From Ophelia neglecta (Eukaryota), in NCBI GenBank assembly GCA_965285935.1, contig OZ260665.1, forward strand, positions 27,528,001 to 27,592,000: 64,000 nucleotides of DNA, written 5' to 3'. Made by a program: the position numbers and the translations under genes. Below the pieces are notes generated by a model. It made no database searches. It was given only the letters and a program-made list of their open reading frames with translations, and had not been told where the DNA came from. Shown here in pieces: positions 26,741 to 40,989 of this stretch. How positions within the stretch are numbered: position 1 is the stretch's first letter; each line of letters begins with the position of its first letter.

Positions 26741-28709
26741 TGATTGATTTTTGTTAATTGTATATTAAACTGTTAGCATCAACTTTGCCAGGTTTAATTT
26801 ATTTTAAATAATGGAAATAAAACTCTGCACCATATAGATTTTAACATTATTTATATGGAGAGCTCTGACTCTTGACATAAAGTAAGATTGTTAAGATTCA
26901 ATATTTGAAAATAAGCACTCATTTACAAGTTCCTAAAAACTGTAATCCAGGTTGATAAATAGCACCAATTCATAAAACATTTTTGTTCATGTAACATGTC
27001 AATACCATACCAACTATCCTAATTATCTGGCATACATTGGTGTGATATTTACGACATTCATGGGCGTATAAAGCAATCTCCACAGGTGTACTATAACGGC
27101 TGATTACACAAAGATAGACATCTGACATACATGTAATACATGACCCAAACCTACATGTATGATATATCTACCATATCTACCGGGACTTAAAACTGTTCTT
27201 TACAGCAATGATATAATAATCATGCTTGAAATAAAGAATTCATATCATTTATAAAATTAGTTTTCTATAATTGCTGCTATAAATAAAAAGCTATATACTT
27301 ACTGATACTCAATACAAAGACACTGTCAACCATGGCATGCTCCAATGAATTTAATTTATGCACAAATTCACGAGCATCATGATCAAGCCATGCAACAAAG
27401 CACTGGCAGCAGTTTGGACAGATGACATGTAACTCTACTGTAGAGTTCAATGCCTGGAGTCCCCCTCCTGGCTAGTGTAGGAAGGCTTATCTCATGCCAA
27501 ACCCAATTCTTTGCATAAAGCTAATACAATGCCAAGTGGATGATTTCTAAACATTGATAAGGCCAGGATTCAACGTGATTTTCTTTGTTTTTCTGCACTC
27601 CATAAATTGCCTCTGGGTATAGGGGAATGATGACAATATTAAGTACACAGGGGCGGTGATAACTAGGAGTGTGGTACCTTCACCACAAAACAATCATGAA
27701 TGTCATGATGGGTCCTCCTAATGTCTTCTGTGGTGTAAATTACCAAAATTAACAGCAATCACCAAGGTCCTCCATAATAACAGGTATCAGGACCAATTAT
27801 CTCAACCATCAAGAATTAAAGTGCTCCAGCAGCTGGGCAGTGAACACTGATAAATACAGCTCCCCATGACACACAACTCCCATCCTACTGGTTATCTGAC
27901 AGCAACAGGAAACCTTCTACATGAATGATTCTTTAACAAGTGTCACAGCTTCAATGGGCAGAAAAAACTATTTCACTAAAGTGTGGTAATAAAATCTGAC
28001 ATATATATGTGTTGTATAAATATTATGTTGTTCAGGTGATAATTTTTCTCATTAGCTAGATACATTACCTCTCACGGTGTCATAAATGTATGACACATTT
28101 ATTATTAATCAATAAACACAACCTGATTTATTGTTTATTTGCTTGCCGTTGTACTTTCTTCTTTCACTGTTGGCAATACCAACTTGCAATACACCCAAAT
28201 GGTAAATACACCACAATTGACTGGCCAGTTACATACACCAGGTAATCAGTATGTACCATGAGAATGGTTACACCTGTCCCCTTGTATAGGGAGACTCCAA
28301 GGTATAACATTAAAATGTCACCATCAACTGTTTGTCTTAATTGTTAGAATTTAGTTGATATTAATATAAGCATAAGCTATTTCCGTCAACATTCAGTTCA
28401 GACACCACTTGTGCCTGAGGATCTCGGCAGGGCCTACTGGTTCTAACAGCTCAACACCAAGAACACTGATTTACAGAACATCCATTCTATAAGCTTGGCA
28501 TTATGGAACTGTCTTTGACAATGCCATATATTATATTTTAATTATAATTGCCTAGTTACTAGTTAATACGATACCAGAACTTGAAAGTGCAGACAAGGAT
28601 ACTGCCCTGGCATAGGTGTTGACCAGTTCACCAAAACACCACTCCCTCATCCACCCTTCTTGCCCTCCCCCCCCCCCTCCATCCCCCTCCTTTGTGCATG
28701 AAATAACTA

Positions 28710-28887
28710 CAGTGGTCCCTGCGATGTAGCGCCCCTCCAATGAAGGGCCACCTGCAATGGCAGGACAGTTTTGGAATTCCCATGTCCTATCTTTTCCATG
28801 TTAAGGTACCTCTGATGAAGGGCCACCTGCAATGTAGGGCCACTTTTCCTTAGATTTAGGGGTGGCCCTACATCGCAGGGACCACTG
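28710..28887. mobile_element. Tc1/mariner-type MITE (178 bp)
   Basis: Perfect 20-bp TIR CAGTGGTCCCTGCGATGTAG / CTACATCGCAGGGACCACTG with TA on both sides. Internal direct repeat ATGAAGGGCCACCTGCAATG. Confidence 0.9.
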
Positions 28888-31012
28888 TACATGTATTTTC
28901 ACTGCCTAAGTCAGTCAGTACTACAAATGGACATAATATCTGTCCTGAACAAAGTGATATGTCAGCATGTTTAGCAGGGGTGACATAATTAAGGATTGGA
29001 TTAACCTGAACAATCACATGAGAGATATCTATCCACCTGCAATCCACCAGAAAAATGAATAGAAAATACACCACAAGAGCACTTAGGTCAGCCCCAGTCA
29101 CCCCATCAACTAGACTGGCCTGTGTGTATGTAATGATCAGGTTTGTGGGCAGGATCCACTAGTGACCAGTGACCTGATGGTGACTGGGATCACCTATATA
29201 TATTGAAGAGTATTACATAAAAGTGAATTACATCAACAGCCCAAATAGCTTAAATCACTGATAGCCACAAATGTCAATGAAGGAGAGGTAAGTTTATGAT
29301 CAGTAATCATCATTATTAATGTTATTTATCATATGTATTAGTAATCATTATTAAAATATATCCAAGCACTAACAAAATAAATTGACTTTCCATTTTGTTG
29401 AAGCAAAATAAAAAATATATCCTTTTACACTGGCAAAATAAACAAGGTTGGGAGGGGTTTTTTGTGCCATTGATGGTATCAGACAGCATCTGCTGATAAC
29501 CATTTTTAAATACGATATTTTGGCATTGCATTCATTATTCATGGTATTATTAAAGAAGGTAACAACATAGCTAAATAGATAGAAAACATACATGTATAAA
29601 GGCTTTTTGTTTGGCTAAACCAACCCTGCTTCAAGCATCCTTACGCTAGTATATTTCATTCATAAAAAGTGCTTTTGTAGAGGAAATAAACCCAGCCTAC
29701 AAATAGAAGGCAATACAATTATTCCACTGTAAGGCTTAAAAATCATGATATTCTAAAAACATGCTGAAATAATTAGGTAGGGGCCTTTGTAAAAAAAATT
29801 CACTTTGCAATTTTTTTTTGGTTGTCGATTTCCAATTCAACAATGAATAATAAAAAGCCCACAATTTTCAAGGATTGAAGACCTGCTCCCTTCAGTTCTC
29901 AGATTGCACAAGTAGCTTTATTAATATTGGTATATCATTAATACTAAGGTGATCATGGGGGTCAAACATTGGTCACTTGCTGGAAAGAAAACAAGCCCTG
30001 AATGGTCAATCTAAAAGTCAATATGAATTGTGTATACTCAACAAATCTCAACTCAATCAATGAAAATAATTTGCTAAACCAAAATGTTACAGCCCTCAGA
30101 GCTACTGCATATAGGGAAAAGCCCTAACAATTTTAGGACTTTCTGACATATTTTTAAAACAAAGCCTTAATGCCAGTTTTCTTATAAGGGCTGGTGCCAC
30201 CTACAAATTCGGTGTTATATCTCCTATGCCATCTTATAAAATTTCTTTATCATGGGGGGGGGGGGGGGGGCTGATAAAATTTTCAAGGTTTTTCTACGAG
30301 GCTCCACAGGCACCTAGAGCAAAACATATTGTGATATATTGGACGCTTTCCCAGGGTTAAGTGCTGGTTAGATACAGAAAATATGAGACCTTTTGGACAG
30401 ACAGGCCACATAGCCTTTTATGCCACAAGGGGGATGGTGTTGTCTAATTTGTTTTCGAGGCTGGCAGTCCTGCCAGCATATTCTACCTCCGACTGACGTA
30501 ACCTGTGTATGACAATTTGCAGCTGTTTGTTTCCATCAAGAGATTTTTAACTAAAATGTCTCCAAACAGAAGATTTACCAAGATTATTCTTTAAAATTGT
30601 GATGCAAAGTTTCTCTACTTTCCCTACTTTGAGTAATGCATTATATTGGACACTTTTCCATCTTTGTTGCCAGGGACGACTAGCATGATGGCCATCAGCT
30701 GATGTGTGGCTGCCTAAAATGCAGTTTTGCAATGAAGGATCACAATAAGTATGAATGTAGGGTGTTTATATGTACATCTCTATAGGATATTCAAAGGCTA
30801 GAGATATGCTTTCATAAATTTGGACCACGTCACCAAAACACGGTCCTTGGAAATTATTCGTGGTTATTGTTTTGGCAAAGTTATATACGGATATACCAGT
30901 TATACAATGCACTTAGTTATCTTCCTTTGTCTTGCCGAATCACTTCTATCCTTTTTCATGTCATCCGTTTTCAGATTAATTATGGCAGAAGACATTAAGG
31001 AAACAGTGTAAC

Positions 31013-31620
31013 CAGAGATAGCGAAAACCCGTTGGACACCGGACATTGGCAGGTTAAAATTGCTACGGACCAGCCAGACCTTCTGGTACGCCGGACCAAA
31101 TGACCAGAGCATGTCTTTGTCCTATGCATGTAGTATAAATTCTTCGCTAGCACGGTTTTTGTTTACAAGACCCCGGTTGCCTCATCACTGTCGTGGGTTA
31201 GGCATTGCGTCAATTCATTCACCCCCCTATAGGAACAAATGGGCCGGTCTGTTAGGCGCTATGTGATTGGCCGTTAGTTTCACCTAGTTTCCCTACTGGC
31301 AAATCACAGCCACGCTTTCTCCAAGCTTTGGATGGTTATAACCTGATAACTACTACTACACACAAGCTAACCATGTTGCGGTTCCTCGTCAACAAAAGCA
31401 TGTTCATGTAATGATGACTGATAAATTGTGAATGATTGACAAAAAAAGTCATAATGTTAGTTTGAATGATCGACAAATAAAAGTATGATCATATCTAACT
31501 TCGGGGCATTTGTTTCTTCATTTAATAACATTTTTCTTCGGACCAGTCAAAACACTTTTGGACCAGTCTGAATCCTGGAAAGACCGGTCCAGTTGCCCAA
31601 AAAAGGTTTCGCTATCTCTG
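31013..31620. mobile_element. hAT-like non-autonomous element (608 bp)
   Basis: 14-bp TIR CAGAGATAGCGAAA / TTTCGCTATCTCTG with subterminal GGACCAG repeats at both ends. TSD is imperfect (AGTGTAA near both flanks). Confidence 0.8.
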
Positions 31621-32344
31621 CTGAGTGTAATGAGCTAATCATTCTCTGTGTTCTCTCGTAAAGTACAGTACAAGGAACAATTATAGACAGCCACATATGG
31701 ATGTTTGAAAAATATCTTTCTTTCACCAGAGTAAATCTGTGGTCGCTTTATATGAACAAACAATATTGGAGCGCCAGGGGGAACAGGGAACCCTGCTTAA
31801 TTTGTTTTTGACAACAAATAATATGTTAATCTCTGAATATTAATTTCACAAAATAAGATAGGATAGCAAATCGTTAGATTTGAAACAATCCAATACCGAT
31901 ACTTGGGAAATGATCACAATAGCAAAACGATACAGAGATTGATACTTTTTAAAGATCTTTGGTATAAAAAGGCAGTGTAGAGGTGTATGGTTGTATTGTG
32001 ATTTTTTCAAACCATTCCAAAATGCAACACTTGAGCTTAAACAAAATATACTGAATACAAGAAAATAAGTTTCTAAATCTTCACAACTTTCTATGTTCAA
32101 CTTCCTAATTTCAACCCTATTCCATCAAAAAATATTGTGTATCCAACTATTGAAATAGTCATTTAAAAAACAATATCTGATACCTGAAATCTGATAGGAC
32201 AGCACTAGTATTGGATACAGGTATGTGCACAGCCCTACATGTAAACTAATTTTTGTGTGAAAAAAAAAATTTTGCTGGAATTAAATTTTGGAGAACTTTA
32301 ATTTTCGTGAACATAATCTAGGCAACAAAATATTGTAATTTTGG

Positions 32345-32830
32345 CAGAGATTTTGTTACAAATTGAGATCAATGAGTCCTAGGACTCACTGAATTTATTG
32401 CAATGAGTCCTGGGAAAATTTAATGAGTCCCAGGTCACATTAATGAGTCCCATCAGAGTACTTATTCGTATTTTTAACACACGCAATCAATTTTTTCTTC
32501 GGAGGCATCTTTGCTGCAGTGGCTGGTGACGGCTAGCAACTGAAACGCTCCTCTATTTTCGCCCACTGCTGCTGGCCGCTCATTGGTTACGAAGTGTAGC
32601 GATCACCGTTCGTTACTTTCCGTGGGTCTCGGCCGGTATGGATGGAAAACTCCGTCATAACTTTACCTGCTTACGCATTACGGACAGGATCGTATTCAAT
32701 CACCCGTACACGACGGACGCAAAGCTGGGTTTTAGAGTGCGCCGTATGGGACGCACTGCAAGAAGTTTCATGCGTTATTTCATAATTTTATGTGCCAATA
32801 ACGCAGAACGCAGAGGTAACAAAATCTCTG
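32345..32830. mobile_element. hAT-like non-autonomous element (486 bp) with 6-bp TSD
   Basis: 15-bp TIR CAGAGATTTTGTTAC / GTAACAAAATCTCTG. TTTTGG is directly repeated on both flanks. Subterminal AATGAGTCC repeats. Confidence 0.85.
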
Positions 32831-32893
32831 TTTTGGTTATAAAAAATTTATGTAATTAAAGTGCTGCATGATAAACGACTTTTACAGTATATA

Positions 32894-33143
32894 CAGGGGT
32901 CTACACTAACTATTGCCTGAAGTCCCGGGGCAACTCAAATCTACTTGCGGGCACAAAGGTTTTAGTTACTAACATCCCGCCGGGCAACCTGCTAAAATTC
33001 CCCAAATCGCCGATTGTTGGATATCTTGTATATTTTATATGTAAAAATATTTTTGGGACAGTAAGCCTATGGTGCGGGCAAGTAGTTTCCTGGTGCTACT
33101 TACCCTCAGGGCAAGTGCTGAGAAAAGTTAGTGTAGACCCCTG
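32894..33143. mobile_element. hAT-like MITE copy 2 (250 bp) with 5-bp TSD
   Basis: TIR CAGGGGTCTACACTAACT / AGTTAGTGTAGACCCCTG with ATATA on both flanks. Confidence 0.88.
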
Positions 33144-33538
33144 ATATATTTTGGCAGGGACATTACATTATGCCCCGATTTCAGCAAGCATGCAAAGAAC
33201 ATCTTATCAAACCAGTAAAAAGCATGCAGTTGTCACAGTTCTGTATTTTTAACAAGCTTACGCTTAATTGATTAAAATGATGATGCTGATGATATTGATG
33301 ATGGTGACGACGAGAGCCTGCTACGCTCGCTGTGCATGATGACATCTGATGTACTTTACATTATCAGCTGATCAGAAGATGTAGGAATGAAGTTAGCTTC
33401 GAACATGGACCTCTAATGTCTGTACACTGTACACTGTACACTCCAATACAAGCCTTTTTCTGTCCGATTCTATAACCCACAGATTGCGCTCTTGTGGTTG
33501 GTTGTCAGCCTTGTTATTTACCTTAGTATAGTACTTTT

Positions 33539-34069
33539 GATCCCTGGTCAACTCGCGCAGGTGCCAACTCGCACAGCAGGCAACTGTCACGTGCTTGTTT
33601 TAATATAGTTTAGTATGTTTGAAATGTTGACAAGACATCCATAACTCCTATTATGATTTGTAAATATGAAAGAAATAAATAGAAATCATTACTCCCCCCT
33701 AAACGTAGTCATCCTTTATCCAAGTCTGCCTGTTTGACTTGTGGTATTTATTTAGTTGTAAAGGGAGTAGAAACTAACTTGTGTTCTTTTTAACGCCAGA
33801 TATATATCCACGGCAATGTAGTAAACCATCCAAACACTATAAATGTGGAAAAAACCTTGAGCGGCTTGGCACCCGCGCGAGTTGTGGCCCGCGCGAGTTG
33901 TGGCCCGCGCGAGTTGTGGCCCGCGCGAGTTGTGGCCCGCGCGAGTTGTGGCCCGCGCGAGTTGTGGCCCGCGCGAGTTGTGGCCCGCGCGAGTTGTGGC
34001 CCGCGCGAGTTGTGGCCCGCGCGAGTTGTGGCCCGCGCGAGTTGTGGCCCGCGCGAGTTGACTGGACAC
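33539..34069. mobile_element. Foldback/MULE-like element with an expanded subterminal minisatellite
   Basis: GTCAACTCGCGC at the left is inverted to GCGCGAGTTGAC at the right. Flanking 9-mers AGTACTTTT (33530-33538) and TGTACTTTT (34070-34078) match 8/9. Confidence 0.65.
33872..34060. repeat. Perfect 16-bp tandem repeat CCCGCGCGAGTTGTGG x~11.8
   Basis: Identical units seen directly. They account for the RASCGPRELWPARVVA-type spurious ORFs. Confidence 0.97.
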
Positions 34070-37000
34070 TGTACTTTTTCTTGAAAATGATGTAAAAATG
34101 TTTGTCTAAATGGGACACGGCTTTATGCGAGAAACTCACAAATTTCTTCCCTCAATTTGGATATTTTCGACGACTTTCCGACCGGCTTGAAACCGTAGTC
34201 TGATCGAACCTTACGTCACTTTGTTTCTAGGCTTTAAAAATACAATTTTGTAGCTAGAAAGAAGTGTACTATGCATATGCCAGGAAGGATGATCAGAGTA
34301 AATGATGTATTTGGCTCACTGCCTCTAACAAGTTTTAACAATTGGCCTACATTAAAGTCCATCTAAACAAAGCGAGACAAGTTTTTATGTCAAGAATATT
34401 CTTGCTATGAATAAACCTACCTTGTATGAAGCGAACAATACACAATTGACATGCCTGCCTCAGTGTCCCAACTCACTGACCCATTTCATTTGTGGCAGGG
34501 TGATGCACCATGCAGATGCTGAAGATTGCGTTCTAGAAGTATGGAGTGCCGTATTGATCAAATTGAAAAGTTTCTGTACTTACACTACTAGTACTCTGTA
34601 CACTGAACTTTGCGTTACTACTTGTTATCTAAATACTTTTTTAACTGATCTTTCATTATTAAATCCAAAAGTTTGTTGCTGTCACCCGAATCAGATTTTG
34701 GAAGAGGGGTCATCATTGGGGGTGGTCTGAGAAAAAAAATTATAATCATTATTTTGCTAATCAAAAGTTTTGTGGCCAATTTGAAAGAAAAAATAAGCGT
34801 AATTTCTGCCACCCCCCAAATTGGCTTTGTGTTAACAGCGAAAGCGAAAAGTGCGCGAAAGCAGCATTGGTACCACAATAATCTATAATATCCGTCATTC
34901 TAAAACCAAACCCTTGCCAAAACATCTCGGCATTGTTCTTGATACAAGTGGATAAGTGTGGGGTTATTATTGTGATCATAATGGCTCATTTTCAGAGGCC
35001 CAGAGCAAAGCCTACAAATCACAGGCGCAAGTGGCAATCCCAGCCCCCCCACTCCGCCATTTTAGGGGGTACCCATGCTTGTTCACCACTTTTGAATACA
35101 ATGTACTGACCCCTATCTCAGGAAAGGCACTGAATTTTTTACCCCTTTATCTCAGACTATCACACAGTTTTTCAGGTTTTTTACCCCCCCTAACTCAGGC
35201 TTGATGAAATATCACACTCCTATTCTCAGGTTCCAGGAAGCACCTAACCCCCTTTTATAGGGGGCATCAACCGGAGGTAAAATATTCTCGGGTAAATTTA
35301 CAACCCATTTCTTGGCACATGGTTGTAAAAATACCCCTTTTCTTTAATTTCTCGGGATGCTGATAATAAAGGCCCCTTTTTTCAATTTCTGGGAGAAACA
35401 AAACGAAAATGTACCCCTTTTTCGGGATTCTGAGGCCCGAGATCAAAGCCCAAAAAGTACCCCTTATACCGAGAAATCGTGAACGCTCATGCGGCCCCCA
35501 AAACCCAGGGAGAGGGGGGGCTGGGGTGTCAATAATATATCCCCTGTGTATATATATATGTATAATCCACTATGTGTAGTTTCCTTTGTCTTAACGCTAC
35601 CTTACTTTCAGGTAATGTACAGTTACTGTTGGCTCTGAGTGGATTTTACTTAAGTCAACACCCTACGAACGCTACATTACCAGAAAACAATGGTCTGCCC
35701 CTCAGAACAACACTGGTAATGCTGCGCTGATATTGTTAGACACCTTACAAAACAGACTCAGTCATTCCTCTAGGTGCCTATAGAAAAGCACAAGGCACCT
35801 GTAGTATATTCCTACTCAAAATCCAAGAAATCTGCCTGACTAAGACTTGACTAGGACCTGCTGGGAGATTATTTTTGACTTCCCAGTATTCCCACATATT
35901 ATACATATTTCTAATTTCTATCAAATTTGTCAAGAAAAACAAAAGTGAAAGCATTAATTTTGCTTGTTTCATTGAATCCTGATGCTATACAAAGAAATTG
36001 CCATGGTAAATTGATATTATATTAGGCACTCTCATCCAATTCAATCCAGATCCAGAAAAAAAGTACACCGCGCACAGAGCTTTATCTACTACCCTCAGAG
36101 GAATGAGTGACACCGGGCATGGTGAGCTGGGTACTAAAAGGGTGTTAAATTGTTAACTTAATTTTAAATTGACTTTATGCATTTTCCTTTGTCTTAACAC
36201 TACAAAAATTCCAGGTAGAGGAATGTTGGTGTCTCTCTGTGGATTTACCAAACTGTTAAATCCTTATGTTATATGTGCCCTTTAATTGGCAAGGGTGACA
36301 AAAACTGAGAAAATACTAAGGCACACACAAATGAGGGACACAGTTGGGACCATTTGTAGACGCCTCTTCAATGCTATATTAAGAGTCAGCGAAATAATTT
36401 AGCCTCTGCAACCTCAAACCTTAAAGGGACATGAAAGATGAGGGTTTTGTCCAAGAAATGCTGCATCATCACACCACAAAGCATTTTGAATTGCATTTAC
36501 TAGAAGGAGACTATTTATTTAACACCGAAATGTGAGCCAGAAATAGTCAGCAAGGCTAGGGCCTAATTTTAGGGTAAGTGAAAGTATGAATGAAAGGGTC
36601 TTTAACTTGGGTATATTAACATCAGGTAATGGCATCAGTAATATGTTATTGATCTTTATTGTGCAAAAACTTTCTAGGCACATGGATCAGACAACTTTGC
36701 TCCGATTAAAAAGCATTTGTAAAGGTTCAAACAAGTAAGCAAGTCAATAAATAGGTAAAAAGGTGTTTTGAAACCCTTTGAAGTCATGCAAGGCTCCATG
36801 CCTCCACTGTTAATAATATGCATAGGTCGAAGGGCTGGTACAGCTGTTGGTAAAAAGTTTCACATCTGACAGTCATGAGAACATTATAAGGGAACAAGAC
36901 AACTCAATAAGCTGCAAAGCAGGACACTCTCAATTTAGTTATAGGCTTTTAATTGTGGAAATAAAACCAGAATTAATTATTTTAGTAATCTGACCTAAAG

Positions 37001-38094
37001 GCACACCTAGGTCAAAACTCCATAAGATGCTAAATTTGTGGTTTCCTATAGCAATAAATTTCTATAACTAGGCTTTTACTGCTCAAATCAGGCCTGGATT
37101 ATCAATAGGGTAATTCGGTCTTGAATATATATGGCTACCACACCCGCCTTGTTATGGAGGTCAACCCACATCCTTCCATTTATCTCCTAGAAAAAGGTTG
37201 TCAACAGTGTCCAAGCCCCCCCCCCCCCTTACACACACACACACAAAGAATTATTACCAGGTAATGTACATAGTGTTACTCAGGCATTGACTTAAACAAA
37301 GATTAGATCAATACATTAGGCTTATAAGATATAGGTTTAAGGGCATGCACTCCACTCTTATTTTTCAACTAAATTGCTTCATATAAGTTTATGTTGAATA
37401 ACTTGTCAGTTTATTCAACTAACATATTGAATTTCCAGAAGAGATAAACATTTAAATAAGCTTTTTTGGAGTTTCAAAGAAAAAAGGAAATGAAATTATA
37501 CAGACCCCAATTAAAATCACTATGAAAATAAGTATTTAGTTGATGGCAATTAAGAAAGCAAATCTCTTATTGTGCTACCTGTATTCATTCCTGCGGAATT
37601 AGCCCTTCATTACGAGAGAACAATTACCTTGTCACACCCTGCTTCCAATGCATGCCTGGGCATGCCAAAATAAAACTATGCACAGGTAAATAAACTTTGC
37701 ATTGCACACAGTATTATGATAACACACCCGTTTAATTCAAACATCCTTTGCAAAGTAAGATCAGAAATGCACTGGACATTTCAGGAACTGCCAGCGCCCC
37801 CCCCCCCCCTCCCCCCCAGCTATTTTGGACCATGTTGTATACAATTGCTCCAAATGATACTATTTTCATCTTCAGGATCAGTTCCTTTTGGGTCCCATAT
37901 CTGGCCCATTGGTGAAGCAACCCACCAATGTTTAGGGGTACCCTACCCCATACCCTCCCCCCCCCCCCTTGCATAAGCCGCTTGCACATACGTTTGAAGG
38001 GAAAAAAGTTTTGAACAAAATTTTTTTTTTTATAACTGTTAAGTCTGAAATGTTTCGCCAAAATTTACTTAACAAATTCATGAAAATCTTTACC

Positions 38095-38528
38095 TGTTTT
38101 TTTTAAATCCACTAGACAAGATGCAGAACTGAGCTAATTGTATTATGTCTGTCATCTTGCTTTTCAGATTTAGCACAAATACAATATCATCTACGCTTTT
38201 GGCACTCTTAAGAGGCAGGAAAGTTAGATCACCATATCTCAAACAGTTTTTGTTAAATCCACCAGAAAAGATGCTGATATGTGCTAATTGCGTCAGGTCT
38301 TTTTTTTGGACTGAGCCAAAATAAAGTACCATCCGAGCTGTTGACATCCTTAAGAGCTATGCCAAGTTTGTTCACCATATCTTAATAAGCTTCATATAGT
38401 TTGATAACCATATCTCAAATGGTATTTCTTAAATCCACTGGATAAGATGCAGGATGGACAAAGGGACAGGCCCAAGGACTAAACTTATAGTCCTTCGTTC
38501 CATGCATCAGGTGGCGGGGGACGAATTA
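38095..38528 (+). mobile_element. Possible Helentron-associated (HINE-like) remnant
   Basis: Three ~150-175-bp-spaced repeats beginning AAATCCAC.AGA.AAGATGC, a GGACA-like patch, and a terminal ATAGTCC...GGGGAC stem-like end. Confidence 0.35.
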
Positions 38529-39952
38529 GCAATTATTGCTTGAAAATTTTGGCATAACTTTTTCCAATATTGCATAGTGAAGGTGTAATTTTATAGGTTT
38601 AGGGGAATAAAATTCTTTCCTTATTGTTGGATAAATGAAATAGAAACAAGGAAATGTAAGCCTACGGTGAAAAATATTTACTATCCAAATAATTCATTTC
38701 TTAAACTTTTTTGTGTACTCTATAACCCCATCATTTCATGGCTCTTCATGTTTGTGATTTTGTACACAAATTTTTCCCTTCACTTTAATTTCAAATTTTT
38801 GAGGCCTCAACAAATGGTCCGAACTCGGCCTCAAATTTCATAAGGCCTTTAATTTCACTGATTAAGCCATATTCGCATAGGGGCTGGCAAAACAAGCCTT
38901 TTGAAGTACTGTCAATTTCATCCCTAGTCTACTTAAATACAAATCTACTAATCTATGTCATCCCCTGATAATTCATTTCCCATGAAACACCAACCTCCTT
39001 ATAATCAAACTGGATTGACCCTTGTCCAACTATAACTTTTATTTTCTGGTTCCCTTGTACTTTAAAAGCCATAACCAGCTAAGAACTAACTTTAAATATG
39101 CATAATCATATCAGAAATAGATACCCCTCAAGTCTGAGCCCTGGTTGGATCAATCCTCAGCCATTTGGGGGTCATTTCCCCTGGCACATTCAGTTTGCCA
39201 TGTACACCATAGATCCTTAGTGCATTTTGGTGAACCTAAGAAGAGTGGCCTAACAGTTGTGACTCCCAGTCAAGCTACCCTAGTATCCAGTGTTCCCAAA
39301 AATTATTTGGGCGGCAACAGACAAAATGTCTGATGTTCAGGAGCTCAATATTAAGACATTTTTGCTCAACATCAAACAATTTGCTCTGTAAAATAAAAGT
39401 ATCTAGAGTTTGTTGAAAAAGTTTTTTTTGCATTAAATTCCCAAGTACTGAATATGACGTGATAGCATTATGCCATTAAGATGATAAATGTTCAATATTA
39501 TATAGAAATTCCTGACAAAATATGGTGAGACTTACTGAACTAAAATTAAAAACCATCCCTTGACCATTACTACAACGAAAAATAAGTTCCTGCAGCATTT
39601 TTGTGAACAATGATTAAGCTTTTTACATAACGTATTTTATCTCCCAGGGTGTGTAGGTAAAGTAGTCTTAAATAGGGTTAACAATGTTAGAACATCAACA
39701 TTTTAATTGCTTAATAACATACAAACAAGACTTTATTAACATGGCATTACAGTTTCTCAGATATGGTGTCCCAAACCCACACTGAGTAAAGTAGGTATGG
39801 ACAACTGTCTTGCAAGAGATTGATTTGTGATGATGACCAGCAAGGAAATCAGGAAAGAGGCGGCATTATCTATGCATCCCACCTATATACCGGTATATCT
39901 AGGAGCTTTGTGCATGTCATTGTCCCCCCACTATATTGGAGCCACGGCCTAC

Positions 39953-40350
39953 CTACTTTCCATTTCATTTGGAATAGTCAAGTTTGTTGAGGTCCTTGTC
40001 CTTGCTTTTCGCTACATGTTGGTTAGCAGCAGCAGCTGCTTTACGGAGGCCATTTTACCAACACACTTGTGCCTATGGGCACGACAAGCTCCGGGATAAT
40101 CGGTCCGCCCTACGCAAATCTGGCCAAGGCAGACTTGCCACCTAATGCCGGTCAGAAACAGATGGTGGATGTTCAACATGAAAATCGCGATCGAGCAATT
40201 TCGGCCGAAAAATAAAGGTTTTGTGAAATTCAAAGCAGCATTCACCGCAAACAGCTGTCCATCGGACAAAATGACCGAAGATAAGGCATGTTATGCCAGA
40301 CAAAAAACGATTTTACACCGGCTTTGTCTGACGACTTTTCGGGAACACTG
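39953..40350 (-). promoter_or_regulatory. Putative promoter / non-coding first exon of the two-TM PPxY gene
   Basis: CpG-rich island in an AT-rich background. Minus strand has AAAATGGC (YY1/initiator-like) and a candidate donor AG|GTAGGC at ~39952. A strong acceptor (T8GCAG) at 22209-22220 needs an upstream exon. The linkage is inferred. Confidence 0.35.
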
Positions 40351-40989
40351 GACTATCACAACATACCTCAAATTGAAATAAACACCTAAACGCTAAATTT
40401 GTACTCCTTTTTAAAGCTATTTTGCATAATTTATCTAACACAACCTACAAATATACTCTTTGGCGTTGTTGTATTAGCTTTCCAATAGGTTATCTATTTT
40501 AAATGACTAGGATTGAAAATTTATGTTTAGAACTTTAGATTAACCTTTTATTTAGTCAAACTTGATCTACATAAAACAAAGCAGGGAACCAATAGTTCTT
40601 TTTACAAAATTGCAATATATCATAGAAAGAAGTGGATAAATAATAAGATATAAATAAAATAGGAAATATCAGAGTTCAGTCGAATCTTTGCTAATCTAAC
40701 TGGATTACATTATATGGGATCTGACTGCATCTATTGTCCGGTAACATATTGCTCCATTAAATTTAAGTTATAGTAATATACACACTTGGGTAATTTGACT
40801 GAGGTCGAACAAGGTATTTCATTAAGTTCTCACACACATATTGAATCCACGTTAACACTGACAACCATGACATAAGACATATATTCATACAACTGCTGAG
40901 TCATTTGCAATATACAACAAATTGATGTATTTATAACAATTGAGGGTAATTCAAGTCTCTATTTTACTAGAACAGTTTGTCAGGACACT

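Noticed and set aside
33752-34139. Repetitive ORFs / CRISPR-like array
   Set aside because: Contiguous 16-bp tandem repeat with no unique spacers, in eukaryotic context with no cas genes.
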